Assembly (NCBI GenBank): GCA_965223845.1
Contig: CBDCXR010000004.1
Location: 1,408,001-1,472,000 of the forward strand
DNA: 64,000 bases
Source: Planctomycetota bacterium
GTDB lineage: Bacteria; Planctomycetota; UBA8108; SXIK01
Direction: 5' to 3'
Notes under the pieces: model-generated
Told to the model about the DNA's origin: nothing
Seen by the model: the letters and a program-made list of their open reading frames with translations, nothing else
Databases searched by the model: none
Translations under genes and position numbers: made by a program
Shown: piece by piece, positions 1-10,300 of the stretch
How positions within the stretch are numbered: the first letter of the stretch is position 1
Layout: every line of letters starts with the position of its first letter

Positions 1-651
1 GACGTCTGGAATACCTTCCGCAACAACTGGAACAACCCCTCGTACGGCGGCGGCCGCGCGCAGCCGGGTTGCTACTTCGACTTCGAGATCGGCGACGTGC
101 ACTTCATCCTGCTCGACTGCCGGTACTACCGGACCGCACCGAACGCGCCGGGGCCGCGATCGATGCTCGGGGCGGCGCAGAAAAAGTGGCTCTTCGATCG
201 GCTGAAGTCGTCACGAGGGACGTTCAAGATCCTCACGAGCTCGGTTCCGTTTTCCCAGGGCACGAAGCCCGGCAGCAAGGACACGTGGGACGGTTACGCG
301 GAGGAGCGCGAGGAGATCTTCTCGTTCATCGCCGAGAACCGCGTCGACGGAGTCGTGCTCGTAGCGGCGGATCGCCACCGCTCAGACGCCTGGCGAACCG
401 AGCGACCGAGCGCGTATCCCCTGTACGAGTTCATGTCGTCGCGACTTACGAACTCGCACGTTCACCGCGTGTTTCCGCAGTCACTCTTTGGCTACAACGA
501 GAAGTGCTCGTTCGGGATGCTTGCGTTCGATACGACGATCGACGATCCCGAAGTGCGCTACACGATCGTCGATCTCGACGGGCGGGACATCTACTCGCTC
601 ACTCTGCGGCGGAGCCAGCTCGCGGTGCCCGAGGATTCGGGGGCGCAGTAG
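1..651 (+). CDS. Alkaline phosphatase D (PhoD)-family metallophosphatase, C-terminal part (5' truncated by window)
   Basis: Frame open from base 1; motifs FILLDCRYYR, SMLGAAQKKWL, DTWDGY, ADRHRS typical of the PhoD family. Confidence 0.85.
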   Translation, partial: DVWNTFRNNWNNPSYGGGRAQPGCYFDFEIGDVHFILLDCRYYRTAPNAPGPRSMLGAAQKKWLFDRLKSSRGTFKILTSSVPFSQGTKPGSKDTWDGYAEEREEIFSFIAENRVDGVVLVAADRHRSDAWRTERPSAYPLYEFMSSRLTNSHVHRVFPQSLFGYNEKCSFGMLAFDTTIDDPEVRYTIVDLDGRDIYSLTLRRSQLAVPEDSGAQ

Positions 652-670
652 CAATCGGTCGAGGGGCGGA

Positions 671-922
671 TCAGGCGCGGCCGGGCCGCTCTCGCGCGAG
701 ATCGACGCGCAGGGTGCGGCCTTCGAACTCGGCGCCGTTGAGAGCTTCCATCGCGGAAGACGCGTCCGCCATCTCTACGAATCCAAATCCGCGTGAACGG
801 CCGGTCTCGCGGTCCGACATGACCGTGACCGACTCGACCTCACCGTACTGCGAGAACAGCTCGCGGAGGCTGTCTTCGTTCGTCGAGTAGGAAAGGTTTC
901 CGACGTAGAGTCGCTGACCCAT
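671..922 (-). CDS. RRM (RNP-1) RNA-binding protein
   Basis: RNP2 LYVGNL and RNP1 RGFGFVEM motifs; GAAGGAG RBS upstream. Confidence 0.95.
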   Translation of the reverse strand: MGQRLYVGNLSYSTNEDSLRELFSQYGEVESVTVMSDRETGRSRGFGFVEMADASSAMEALNGAEFEGRTLRVDLARERPGRA

Positions 923-1425
923 GAGGCTAAGAACTCCTTCGGAGCTCCGCCCGATCGCAGAGGAGCGGAGCTTCGGCCTGGGCCGTCCCGGCCGCCGCCG
1001 CCGGAAGGCGGCGAATGCCGGCGAGGCCCTCGAACGGGGGGCGGCGCGCTAGTAGTGTCGTCCCCGGGAGGAACGGCGCAGTGTCGCGGCGGGACCGGGC
1101 GGGGCGTCGCCGGATCCGCGTCATCGATTGCGCCACGCATCGAGTTCAGCACAACGTTAGGGTGGGAGCAAGTCGTATGTGGGCTCGAGGCGGTGTTGGG
1201 GCGGGGCGCACGATCTCGGGCGATGTGTTCCCTGAGGTCGGCCACGAGCGGGTCCGCCGCTCGATTCTCTCCGTCGACCGCGAGCCTCGCGTAGTCCGAA
1301 CCGTGTCCCCGGCACCGAGCGCTGGGGGCGCTCAGTCCTCGCCGGTCCTCGAGCGCAAAGCACCCTCCCGGGGGCGAAAGCAGCCACTCGAGAGGCGCGT
1401 CCCGGTTCGGATTTCGGCGCGGGGA

Positions 1426-1453
1426 ATGTTAAGAAAAGGGCGCTTGCTCGCAA
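1426..1453 (-). promoter_or_regulatory. Possible sigma70 promoter for the RRM gene
   Basis: Minus strand TTGCGA-N16-TAACAT in an AT-richer patch. Confidence 0.3.
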
Positions 1454-1512
1454 TCCGGGCGGAATCCGCGCCGCACCCGCCATGATGATTCGGCCATTCG
1501 GAGGAGCGCGAA

Positions 1513-1863
1513 TTGGGGAACGACGCGTCGAACAACCCGAAGCGGGCGACGCTAGGAGAGTGGATGAGCGCGGTCATCGGCGTCGCGGTCTCCTCGTTCG
1601 GTCTGATCCTAGCGTTTGCTGGACTGACACTCCGCCTCGACTACGCAGGGGAATCGCGGGACCTCGTGCCGGCCGACCTGTTCGTCGGACTCGTTTGCGC
1701 GACGGGGACGTTTTTCGTAATTCTCGCCGTGGACGATCTGCGTGGGCCGTGGCGTCGCCCCATGATCGCGCTTGTGCTGGCGGGAGTCGTGTTCGCGCTC
1801 GTGAGCGCGGGGCTGATCAAGCTTCACCATTCGCAAGACGTGGCGCGAGGGTGGACGGGGTGA
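1513..1863 (+). CDS. Small hypothetical membrane protein (about 3 TM)
   Basis: GGAGG RBS before TTG; three hydrophobic stretches. Confidence 0.55.
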   Translation: MGNDASNNPKRATLGEWMSAVIGVAVSSFGLILAFAGLTLRLDYAGESRDLVPADLFVGLVCATGTFFVILAVDDLRGPWRRPMIALVLAGVVFALVSAGLIKLHHSQDVARGWTG

Positions 1864-1941
1864 CCACCTCCGACGAGACGAGTGACCATGCAAGGAACAA
1901 ACGGACTCACGGTGGAGGCAGTGGGTCGTTTGGCACTCGTC

Positions 1942-1980
1942 TGCAAGTGGGGGGATTCGAACCCTCGACGTTCGGTTCGC
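1942..1980 (-). pseudogene. tRNA 3'-half remnant (tRNA-Arg-like)
   Basis: Minus strand GCGAACCGAACGTCGAGGGTTCGAATCCCCCCACTTGCA has a T-arm (GGTTCGAATCC) and acceptor 3' strand; no D-arm or 5' acceptor strand and no CCA. Confidence 0.55.
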
Positions 1981-1998
1981 CCGCGCTGGTCTGACCGC

Positions 1999-4197
1999 CT
2001 ACGGGCAGCCGGCGGATCGTTCGCAGATCATCAGATCGACGGTGGGGTCGACGCCGCAGACGTGAGTCCCGGGGAGTGGGATCGCATCGCTCCCGAGAAA
2101 GAGAACACGCAGAGTGGTGACCGCGTCGGCAAGCGTGATCCAACCGTCGTCGTCGGCATCGGACGCGTCGGCGCAAACAGGGTCGCGCGCACGAAGGAAC
2201 AAGAAGTCGATTGTAAAGAGAGCGTCGGCGATATCGACCGCGCCATCCGCGTTGGCATCGCCGCGGCGGAATTCGACGCCTTGGTACGATCCCGCACCGC
2301 CCGAAGATCCCGCGCACCGCCCATTCGGCCGGCAGTTCGCGGAGCAACAATCCTCGTCGATCGCGCACGGATCGTTCTTTTCGCCGCACGGAGGCGCCTG
2401 ACAGCCTGGATCGGACGAGCAGACGGCCTCATCGCAGTCGACGAGCCCGTTGCAGTCGTTGTCCACGCCGTCGCCACAAACTTCCCCCGGACCGGGAATC
2501 GACGGATCTCCGTCGTCGCAGTCTCCGCCACAGGGCGCCGCGTCGACTCCGTCCCCGTCGGCGTCGACCGCGCAGTCGGGGTCCGCGCAGTCGGCCAGTC
2601 CGTCGCCGTCGTCGTCGACGCCGTTCGTACAATTCTCGGCGGGCGGTCCGGCGACGAACCGATACGACGCGACGAAGGCGTCGTCCGACCCACCACCGAA
2701 GGTCGCCTGGATCGCATCCGGCGTCACGGGAAAGGTGGACGAGCTCGTCGATCCCGCCACCCGGACTCGGGTCGTCCCTGCCGGGTCCCCAGCGAGCGTC
2801 GATAGCGCGATGCCTCCGCCACGCTCGCCGGACGCGCCGCCAAGAAACGTCGCATGCACGACGGCGCCCGCGTCATTTAACCGGGCTACGAACGCGTCCC
2901 CTTGTCCGTTGTGGGAACCGTCCTCCGCGTCCGACGTCACAGAAAAATCGGTCGAATTCGTCGTACCGAGAGCGAACACTCCGCCCGACGAATCGACGGC
3001 GAGATCCTCGACGCTCTCCGCGTTTGACCCGGCGAGCGCGGTCGTGTGAAGGATTGCCCAGCCAGCGTCCGGATCTAGCCTCGACACGAACACGTCGTCC
3101 TGCCCCAGATTCGGCCCCGCTGCTCCCGGAAAATCGTCCGAGTCGGTCCTGCCGCCGAGCCAAACGTCGCTTCCCTCTACTGCGATCGCCGAGGCGCGAT
3201 CCGACTTGGACCCTCCGATGTATTTCGCCGTCGCCACGTTCGTCGCGCCCGCAGCGAGCAGCTCGACGACGACGAGGACGCCGTCCTCCCTTCCCCCGAC
3301 CGTCGACCCGTCCGTTACGGGAAAGTCGTCCGACGTCGAATAGCCGGCGATGTACGCCCGCCCCGCGTCGTCCACGGCGAGGCCATGGCTCCCGTCGTCT
3401 TGGTCGTCGATACCAAATCCACCGATCACAGTTGCATGCTCGAGTACGAGATCGGGCGAAAACACGCAGAGAAAGAGATCCACATTACATTTCCCGTTGG
3501 ATCCGCAGCTCACCGTGCTGCCGTCGGTCGTCGGAAACGGACAGTCGTCGTTCGGACGAGTGTTCGTGCGACCGCTAACGTAGACCCGCCCACTCCCGTC
3601 ATGGATGGCAAGCGAACCCACTCGTTCGAGCGTTCCGCTCGCCCGAACGCGAGCTCCAGCCTCGACCGACCCGGTGGCGGCGTTCAGCCGGATGACGAAC
3701 GGGTCGCGACTCGTCCCGGCAGCATCGGGGTCCGGACACGCCGCGAAGGATTGGAGTCCGGCGACGTTCGCACCTGTCCAACCGGCCACGTAAACGCCAT
3801 TCAAACCGACGGCGATCGCAGCGGGAATCTCGACGGCGCTGCTGTCGAACATGGTCACCCAGTCCACGGCGGGGGGAGTCGCTTCCAGGTCGAGCTTGAC
3901 GACGTAGGTGGCGACGTTCATCGCTGCCGGCTCGCCGAGAAACGAGCTCGATCTGGTCATTCCCGTCAAGTAGAGAAACCCGCTCGCGTCCGTCGCCGCA
4001 CCGGTGCATTGGTCCTCCGCGTCGCCGCCGAGGAAGGACGAAACATCGCGCGTCACTTGGTCGGCGACAGCCGCTCGCGAAGCGAATCCGAGCCCCGAGC
4101 AGATCAGCATCAGAGCGACGAGTTGCGTCTCGCGAACGATCGAGTTCGGTCGATGAGCTAGCACGGTAGTCCGACCTCCCATTCTTGAATACCCCAT
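1999..4197 (-). CDS. Secreted SBBP-like beta-propeller protein with Asp/Cys-rich repeats, a Cys-knot-like motif and a C-terminal dockerin-like domain
   Basis: Signal-peptide-like N-terminus; repeats such as AVDDAGRAYIAGYSTSDDFPVT; ENCTNGVDDDGDGLADCADPDC and EVCGDGVDNDCNGLVD; tail FRRGDANADGAVDIAD. Confidence 0.8.
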   Translation of the reverse strand: MGYSRMGGRTTVLAHRPNSIVRETQLVALMLICSGLGFASRAAVADQVTRDVSSFLGGDAEDQCTGAATDASGFLYLTGMTRSSSFLGEPAAMNVATYVVKLDLEATPPAVDWVTMFDSSAVEIPAAIAVGLNGVYVAGWTGANVAGLQSFAACPDPDAAGTSRDPFVIRLNAATGSVEAGARVRASGTLERVGSLAIHDGSGRVYVSGRTNTRPNDDCPFPTTDGSTVSCGSNGKCNVDLFLCVFSPDLVLEHATVIGGFGIDDQDDGSHGLAVDDAGRAYIAGYSTSDDFPVTDGSTVGGREDGVLVVVELLAAGATNVATAKYIGGSKSDRASAIAVEGSDVWLGGRTDSDDFPGAAGPNLGQDDVFVSRLDPDAGWAILHTTALAGSNAESVEDLAVDSSGGVFALGTTNSTDFSVTSDAEDGSHNGQGDAFVARLNDAGAVVHATFLGGASGERGGGIALSTLAGDPAGTTRVRVAGSTSSSTFPVTPDAIQATFGGGSDDAFVASYRFVAGPPAENCTNGVDDDGDGLADCADPDCAVDADGDGVDAAPCGGDCDDGDPSIPGPGEVCGDGVDNDCNGLVDCDEAVCSSDPGCQAPPCGEKNDPCAIDEDCCSANCRPNGRCAGSSGGAGSYQGVEFRRGDANADGAVDIADALFTIDFLFLRARDPVCADASDADDDGWITLADAVTTLRVLFLGSDAIPLPGTHVCGVDPTVDLMICERSAGCP

Positions 4198-4280
4198 CGA
4201 GGCGTCTCACCAGGTAGCGGCCTCTGCGCTACGTCTTCTAGCGAGCTCTCGAGTTCTTCGGTCCACAACGGCGGCGAGTC

Positions 4281-6560
4281 TCACGCGCAGGCGGCGTGCT
4301 CTTCGCAAACGAGGTCGTCCGGAGTGGGATCCTCGCCACACTCCGTCGACGGAGGCGGCAGCGCCGGTCCGTCCCCGAAGAGGAAGTTGAAGATGTAGAG
4401 CGCGTCCGCGATGTTCGTGGCCCCGTCGTCGTTGGCATCGGCGCTCTTCGAACAGCCGAACTGCCCAGACGTCCCAAACAGAATCTCGAGGACCGCGACG
4501 CCATCGGCGATGTTGAGCGTGCCGTCCGCGTTCGGATCACCGCGGCGAAACGTAGGCTCGTTCATTTGCGCCGGCGAGAGCTCGATGTTCGAAACTCGCG
4601 CCCGAACGCTCGAGAACGACTGGTCTCGTTCGTCGCCGGACCCACCCGCCGCGACTCCGACCAAGATCGTGTCGGGGAAGTCGAGGGAGACCCGATCGAT
4701 CTCCGCCCACCGCTCTCCGTCGAACGAACTGAGTCCGATGAACTCATTCCCCTCCCGCCGGATTTGGACCCACGTGTCGGGCAGCCGCGCGAAGTCCCCT
4801 TTCGTCCTGGTCGATTCCCCGCTCGTTTCCTCGCGACGGAGGAATCGAAATCCGCCCACGATCCTGCGGGGGTCGAGAAGAACGCCGACGAAGCGAGCAC
4901 CCGAGTCGAGATTCTCGCGCAGAATCACCCCTGCCGTCGCTTCCACGGATCCGCCCTCGACGGCCCGAACCCGGGCGGTGAGAGCCACATCTCCCGAAAG
5001 CTCTCGATAGACGAAGTGAAATCCGTCCGATACCTCCGAGCGTGAGAGTCCGGCGCCCCCCGCGCAGAGGACGAGTTCCCGCGAGTCGTCGGCTTCCTCG
5101 AAATTCGACGATCCCGCGATCAAGGGAGCTCCCACGTCCCCGGAGGTCCACGGCGCGACCCCGTGTGACGTCGGCGGGCACCCGACAATTGCCCACGCGA
5201 ACGCCGACGAACACCGGTCGTTCGCGTCCGTCGCAGAGAGTGACACCAAGTGTCGGCCGGCCTCGTCGAAGCTGCGAGTGATCGTAGCCGCGCCCTTTTC
5301 GAGACCGTCGCCGAAATCCCACTGGTACTCGACGATCGGGGCGTCGTTGTCGGGATCGATGCCCGTGGCCTCGAACGTGACCTCCTCGCCCACCAAGGGG
5401 CGCTCCGGGCTCATCGTGATCTCGATGCTAGCTCCCGGACGCAGGACGTACGCGGCCTCCGCTCTCCTGGATCCCGCGACGATCGTCCCTCCAGCGACGG
5501 CGACCGTGCGCGCGAAATCGTCGTTCTGATTCTGGTCGGTCGGTGTGTGCTTTCCGACGAGCCTCCATTCGTCTCCGAGGTAGTGGTAGCTATACACCGT
5601 GCCGAACCCGCTCCCGGACTCGAACTCCGAGTGAGCCATCTCGCCGATCGCAATACGGTTCCCCTGCACAGATACACTCCCACCGAACCGGTTTGCAGAT
5701 ACGATTTCGGGAGCGGTCAAGGTCTGCTCCTCGACCCACTCTTCCGCGTTCGGGTCGAAACGAAAGACGTACGCACGTCGGCACGGCGAAGACGGGCGGG
5801 CGAAATCGGGCGCGCTTCCGACGACAATGACGTCGCCGTCGATAGCGAGGCCGGCTCCGAACACTTCACACTCGTCCGAGGGGCGGAGTGCGTCTTCGAC
5901 GACCCAGCTCGCCGTATCGTTCTCCACTCGGCGACGCATCACCACCGCCGTTCCCGGGCTCCACGCTCCCGTGACCGCTCGATCGCCGTCGAGGACGACG
6001 TTCCATCCGAACAAGGTGGGAACCCATCCGCGGATTTCGGGGAGCTGGATCTCGTCTTCCTTGATCCACCCACCTTCGGCACGACGAAAGAAATGGACGG
6101 TATCAGTTTCGAGCTCGGTCACGGCCGCGAGCTCTCCGCTGAGCGCGGAGTACTGCCCGTAGCTCGGCTGCGTGCCTCCGGCCAGTGTCCCTTCCACGGA
6201 CCAGTCGTCACTCATCTCGCTCCGGCGCCAAACGACCGGACGGGTTTCCCTCCCCCCGACGAGGATGCGATCACCGCTCAGGGAAATGGGCCCCGTAAAG
6301 TTGTTGTCTCGCGGAAGACTTGCGGACTCGATCCACTCTTCGCCACGGCGGTCGAACACGAACGTGGCAAAATCGCTGAGAACGACGAGCGTGTCATCGT
6401 CGATCGCCACGTGCGTACCGAAATCTCGCGACGCGCCGGCCGGGCTCACGCGGTCGAAGCACTCGAGTTGTCCGTACCCGGGCGCGCTGAGGAGGACACT
6501 CCCTAGCAGCGTAGCGCCCACGATCAGGTGACCCGACGTTCGTGAATCTTTTGCTCGCAT
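4281..6560 (-). CDS. Secreted FG-GAP propeller + PKD + beta-sandwich (DUF1349-like) + dockerin-like protein
   Basis: FG-GAP-like repeats (FGAGLAIDGDVIVVGS, FGGSVSVQG); PKD signature YQWDFGDG; tail FRRGDPNADGTLNIADG; start chosen at ATG 6560 before the signal peptide. Confidence 0.8.
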   Translation of the reverse strand: MRAKDSRTSGHLIVGATLLGSVLLSAPGYGQLECFDRVSPAGASRDFGTHVAIDDDTLVVLSDFATFVFDRRGEEWIESASLPRDNNFTGPISLSGDRILVGGRETRPVVWRRSEMSDDWSVEGTLAGGTQPSYGQYSALSGELAAVTELETDTVHFFRRAEGGWIKEDEIQLPEIRGWVPTLFGWNVVLDGDRAVTGAWSPGTAVVMRRRVENDTASWVVEDALRPSDECEVFGAGLAIDGDVIVVGSAPDFARPSSPCRRAYVFRFDPNAEEWVEEQTLTAPEIVSANRFGGSVSVQGNRIAIGEMAHSEFESGSGFGTVYSYHYLGDEWRLVGKHTPTDQNQNDDFARTVAVAGGTIVAGSRRAEAAYVLRPGASIEITMSPERPLVGEEVTFEATGIDPDNDAPIVEYQWDFGDGLEKGAATITRSFDEAGRHLVSLSATDANDRCSSAFAWAIVGCPPTSHGVAPWTSGDVGAPLIAGSSNFEEADDSRELVLCAGGAGLSRSEVSDGFHFVYRELSGDVALTARVRAVEGGSVEATAGVILRENLDSGARFVGVLLDPRRIVGGFRFLRREETSGESTRTKGDFARLPDTWVQIRREGNEFIGLSSFDGERWAEIDRVSLDFPDTILVGVAAGGSGDERDQSFSSVRARVSNIELSPAQMNEPTFRRGDPNADGTLNIADGVAVLEILFGTSGQFGCSKSADANDDGATNIADALYIFNFLFGDGPALPPPSTECGEDPTPDDLVCEEHAACA

Positions 6561-6773
6561 GCGCGTCCTCCCGTTCTCCCTTGTCTCCGAAGCGGTGCGC
6601 TCCTCTATCCCCAACGAAATGCGCAATTCGACCGATCTGTGACGAGAAATCTCAAACTCTCGCCCCCCTCGGATCGAACGAGAGCCCGATCTCCCCTCGA
6701 GAGGCCGATCTCGCTGTCACACTTCGGCGGATTTCGGCATCATCGACGGAGGTTGCACTGAATCGAGGTCAAC

Positions 6774-7397
6774 ATGACGGACGCGAGGGAGACCTTGAGC
6801 CTGATCGAGGCAGCTCGGCGAGGCGACACTCGTGCCTACGAAAACCTCATCGAGCGCTACCGCGATCGGCTCGAGCGATCGGTGCGCTCGCGGCTCGCGA
6901 AGTTCGGTGCTAGCGCGATCCAGGCCGACGACGTTGTTCAGGAGACACTCGTCCGCGGATTCCAGGCTCTCGAGCGCTTTCGCTGGGAGGGCGACGACTC
7001 GCTCTTTCGCTGGCTGGCCGGGATCTCTCGGCGCGTCGTTCTCGCGGCTCAGCGAGAGCGCCTCCCGACATCCGATCTCGATCGAGCGAGCCAAGTCCCC
7101 GCTCGAGACGTTTCCCCGAGTCGAGCGCTTCGCCGGGAAGAGCGCTTTCTTCGTCTCAAGGCCGCTCTCCGCGGACTGAACGATCGAGACCGTGAGGTGA
7201 TCCTTCTCACGCGCATCGAGGGACTCACCACGCGGGAGGTTGCAGAGCGAACCGGCCGATCGCACGACGCGGTCCGGCAACTCCTCTCGCGAGCGCTCCG
7301 GAAGCTCCGGAGCTCGTTCGGTGACACGGAGAGTCTCGCGTTTCCGAATCGCTCGCTCGACGTCGAAGGCTGCGACTCTGAGACTGGAGCTCGATGA
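6774..7397 (+). CDS. ECF RNA polymerase sigma-70 factor (kinase-associated type)
   Basis: Region 2 ADDVVQET...FRWLAGI; region 4 REVILLTRIEGLTTREVAERTGRS...LSRALRKLR; ATGA overlap with the kinase. Confidence 0.92.
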   Translation: MTDARETLSLIEAARRGDTRAYENLIERYRDRLERSVRSRLAKFGASAIQADDVVQETLVRGFQALERFRWEGDDSLFRWLAGISRRVVLAAQRERLPTSDLDRASQVPARDVSPSRALRREERFLRLKAALRGLNDRDREVILLTRIEGLTTREVAERTGRSHDAVRQLLSRALRKLRSSFGDTESLAFPNRSLDVEGCDSETGAR

Positions 7398-10300
7398 CCG
7401 ATCATCCCACGGAGTTCTACCCGGAAGACGAGGACGAGATCGATCGACTCGTCGCGGACTACGTCGACCGATTCAATCTCGGCGAGACGCTGACCGCGGA
7501 CCAAATCGTTGAGGAACACCCTCGCCTCGCGCCCGCGGTGATCACCCAACTCGCGACCTTTCTCGGCATCGACGGCGCAAACGAGTCGACCCATCTGCTG
7601 CGCGAAGTCGGCGACTTCAAACTGATCCGCCGCGTCGGAAGCGGCGGCATGGGAGTCGTCTACGAAGCGTGGGAAGAGTCTCTCGAGCGTAAAGTCGCCG
7701 TCAAATTGCTCCCGCCCGGCGCCGCGGCCAATGGGACGGTGTTCCGGCGCTTTCGCCGCGAAGCCCGAGCCGCCGGCCGACTCCACCACCAGAACATCGT
7801 TTCGGTCTACGCGATGGGGATCTCGCAAGGAACTCCCTACTATTCCATGGAGTTCGTGGAAGGCGAGACGCTCGCGGGGATTCTCACTCGACTCGGCGTT
7901 CCGGGCGATGCGCCACAAAGTTCGCCACCGAATCGGAGCGCAATGCTTGAAATCGTCGACTCTTTCCCACGGACGGCGGAGACCGCGCCCGCAGATCTCG
8001 ATTCGGCCAGCGATGCTGCCATCCGCGCCCATTTCGGACGCACCGTCGCGTCGGCGTTCGCCGAGGTGGCACGCGGGCTCCAGCACGCGCACGAATTCGG
8101 CATCGTTCACCGCGACATCAAGCCTTCCAACCTGATCCTCGAACGAAAAGTGTCTGCGGGTGACTCTCAGGGCGGACTGCGCATTCTCGACTTCGGTCTC
8201 GCGAGACTCGAGGGCGACGAAAGCCTAACCGTCGATGGTGCGTTTCTCGGGACGCCTCGGTACATGAGTCCCGAGCAGGCCCGAGCCGCAACCGGGCACG
8301 AAGTCGAGGTCGATCGACGCTCGGACGTGTACTCCCTCGGACTCTGCCTCTACGAGATGCTCTCGTTTCGCCACCCGTTTGGTCGGAGCGCGGGCCCGCG
8401 ACTCTACCGAGACGCGATCGAACGCGAGCCACCGTCTCTGGGTGCCGTCGTGCATCGCGACCTCGACGCGATCGTGGCTAAGTGTCTGCGCAAGGACCCT
8501 CGAGATCGCTACGCTTCCGCGGAGGCCCTCGCCCAAGACCTCGATCGATTCGTCCGGTGTCAGCCGATCGAGGCGAAGCCGCTACCGAAATGGCGACGCG
8601 GGATCCGCCGATTGTGGGTGGCCCGTCGGCGCCTCGCCGGCGTTGTCACGCTCATCGTCCTCGCTGCGGTCGGAGGCGCGGGCGTTATCCAGCTCCTTCA
8701 GCCCGCGGGAACGGTACGCACGCGTGTTTGGGAAGGAGACTCCCTCACCGGGTCCACCGAGATTTCGCACGACGGGCGGCGACTCGTCGCCGTCGACTGG
8801 ACCGATGGAAATCTCGTTGTTCGCGATCTCGAAACCGGATCCGATTGGACCGCGGTGACGGACAACGAGAACTGGGCGACTCTCACTCATTACGCCAACA
8901 GTCCGATCATCTCGCCCGACGGCACTCGGATTTGCTTTTGGTGGGAGCCGGTCCGTGACGGGCCGGGAGAGCTTCGAGTGGTTGACCTGGACGGCGAAGC
9001 TGAGAACGACGCCGCGCCGCGACGGATCGATCCGGGCGACGCGGTGTATTACCCGCGCGACTGGTCGGCGGACGGATCTCAAGTCTTACTCGAGCGGCAC
9101 GTCGTACCGGAGAACCGCGCCGGGGAGTCGACACTCTCGTTCGGTTTGTACTCGGCGTCTGAAGAATGGCGGTGCGACTTTGAGTGGAGAGCCACCGCTC
9201 ACACCTACGTGGGTGCCGCCCGACTCTCGCCCGACGGTGCCTGGGTCTTTCTTACGCGCGAGGAAGAAGCATCGCCCGGGCGACGCGACCTGGTCGCAGT
9301 CCACGTTCCGACGAAAGAGGTAGTTCCGGTTCTCGAAGGACGCAGCGACGACCGTTTGTCTGACATATCTCAGGATGGCCGGCACATCGTTTTCATCAGC
9401 GATCGCGGCGGGCAGAGCGGTCTTTGGACCGCGGAGTTCGAAGCCGGACAGCTCGTCGGCGAACCCCGGTGCGTCGAAGCGACATTCTTAGGGCGAAGCG
9501 TCGGCGTCACCGCTGACGGCGCTCTCTACTACTCGGAGAGCCTAGGCGGTTCCGACCTTCTCTTTGGCGAACTCGATGCGAGTTTCGAACTCCGAATGAC
9601 GGGCGTGAGACCGGGTTCTCATCGGTTCCGACGCCGCGTTTTTCAGCCGGCGTGGTCGCCCGACGGAGGGCGAGTCGCGTACCGAGTGGGTCAAATCGGG
9701 CGACTTGGACCCTGGAGTCGAGGCCCCTGGGAATTCATGTTGCTCGACGTGAAGACTCAGGTCGAAGAGTCGGTCCAGCCGATTCCTCCGTTTCCCCCGG
9801 TGTTTCGCGCGTCCGGCCCGCGTTGGTTAGACGATCAAACTCTAGTTTACTTGGACTTCCCGCAAACAGGTTCCGCTAGCCGCTTCTACGAAATCGACCT
9901 GGAGTCCCGGAAGCGACGCGTTGTCGCGGAGGTCGATTTGCGCATCCGCATGCACAATTTCTGTGTCGACCCCGTCCGCCGCTCGATCTGGTACTCGCAC
10001 CCAGCTATCGGGACCTTTTGTCTACCGACGGTCGAAGACTCGATTCAGAATCCCACGCTGGACCCCATCGCGATCTCGAAGCGCGCCGGAAAGTACCCTC
10101 GGCTCTCTCCGAATGGCGAGTGGCTCGCGCTCCAATCTGACGGATCCGTCCTTGTCTTTGCGGCCGACGGCAGCGACGACGAGCCGCGCGACACGTGGTC
10201 ACTCGGCGACGGTGACAATTCGAGCCATCGGATCTTTTCGTGGTGGGGGAACGAGCATCTCGTTCTTTTGACGGAAGATGAGTCCGTCTCCGCGCTCAAC

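Noticed and set aside
1931-1945. TGGCAC...CTGCA sigma54-like motif on the plus strand
   Set aside because: GG-to-GC spacing is 9 nt rather than the required 10, and no gene follows on that strand
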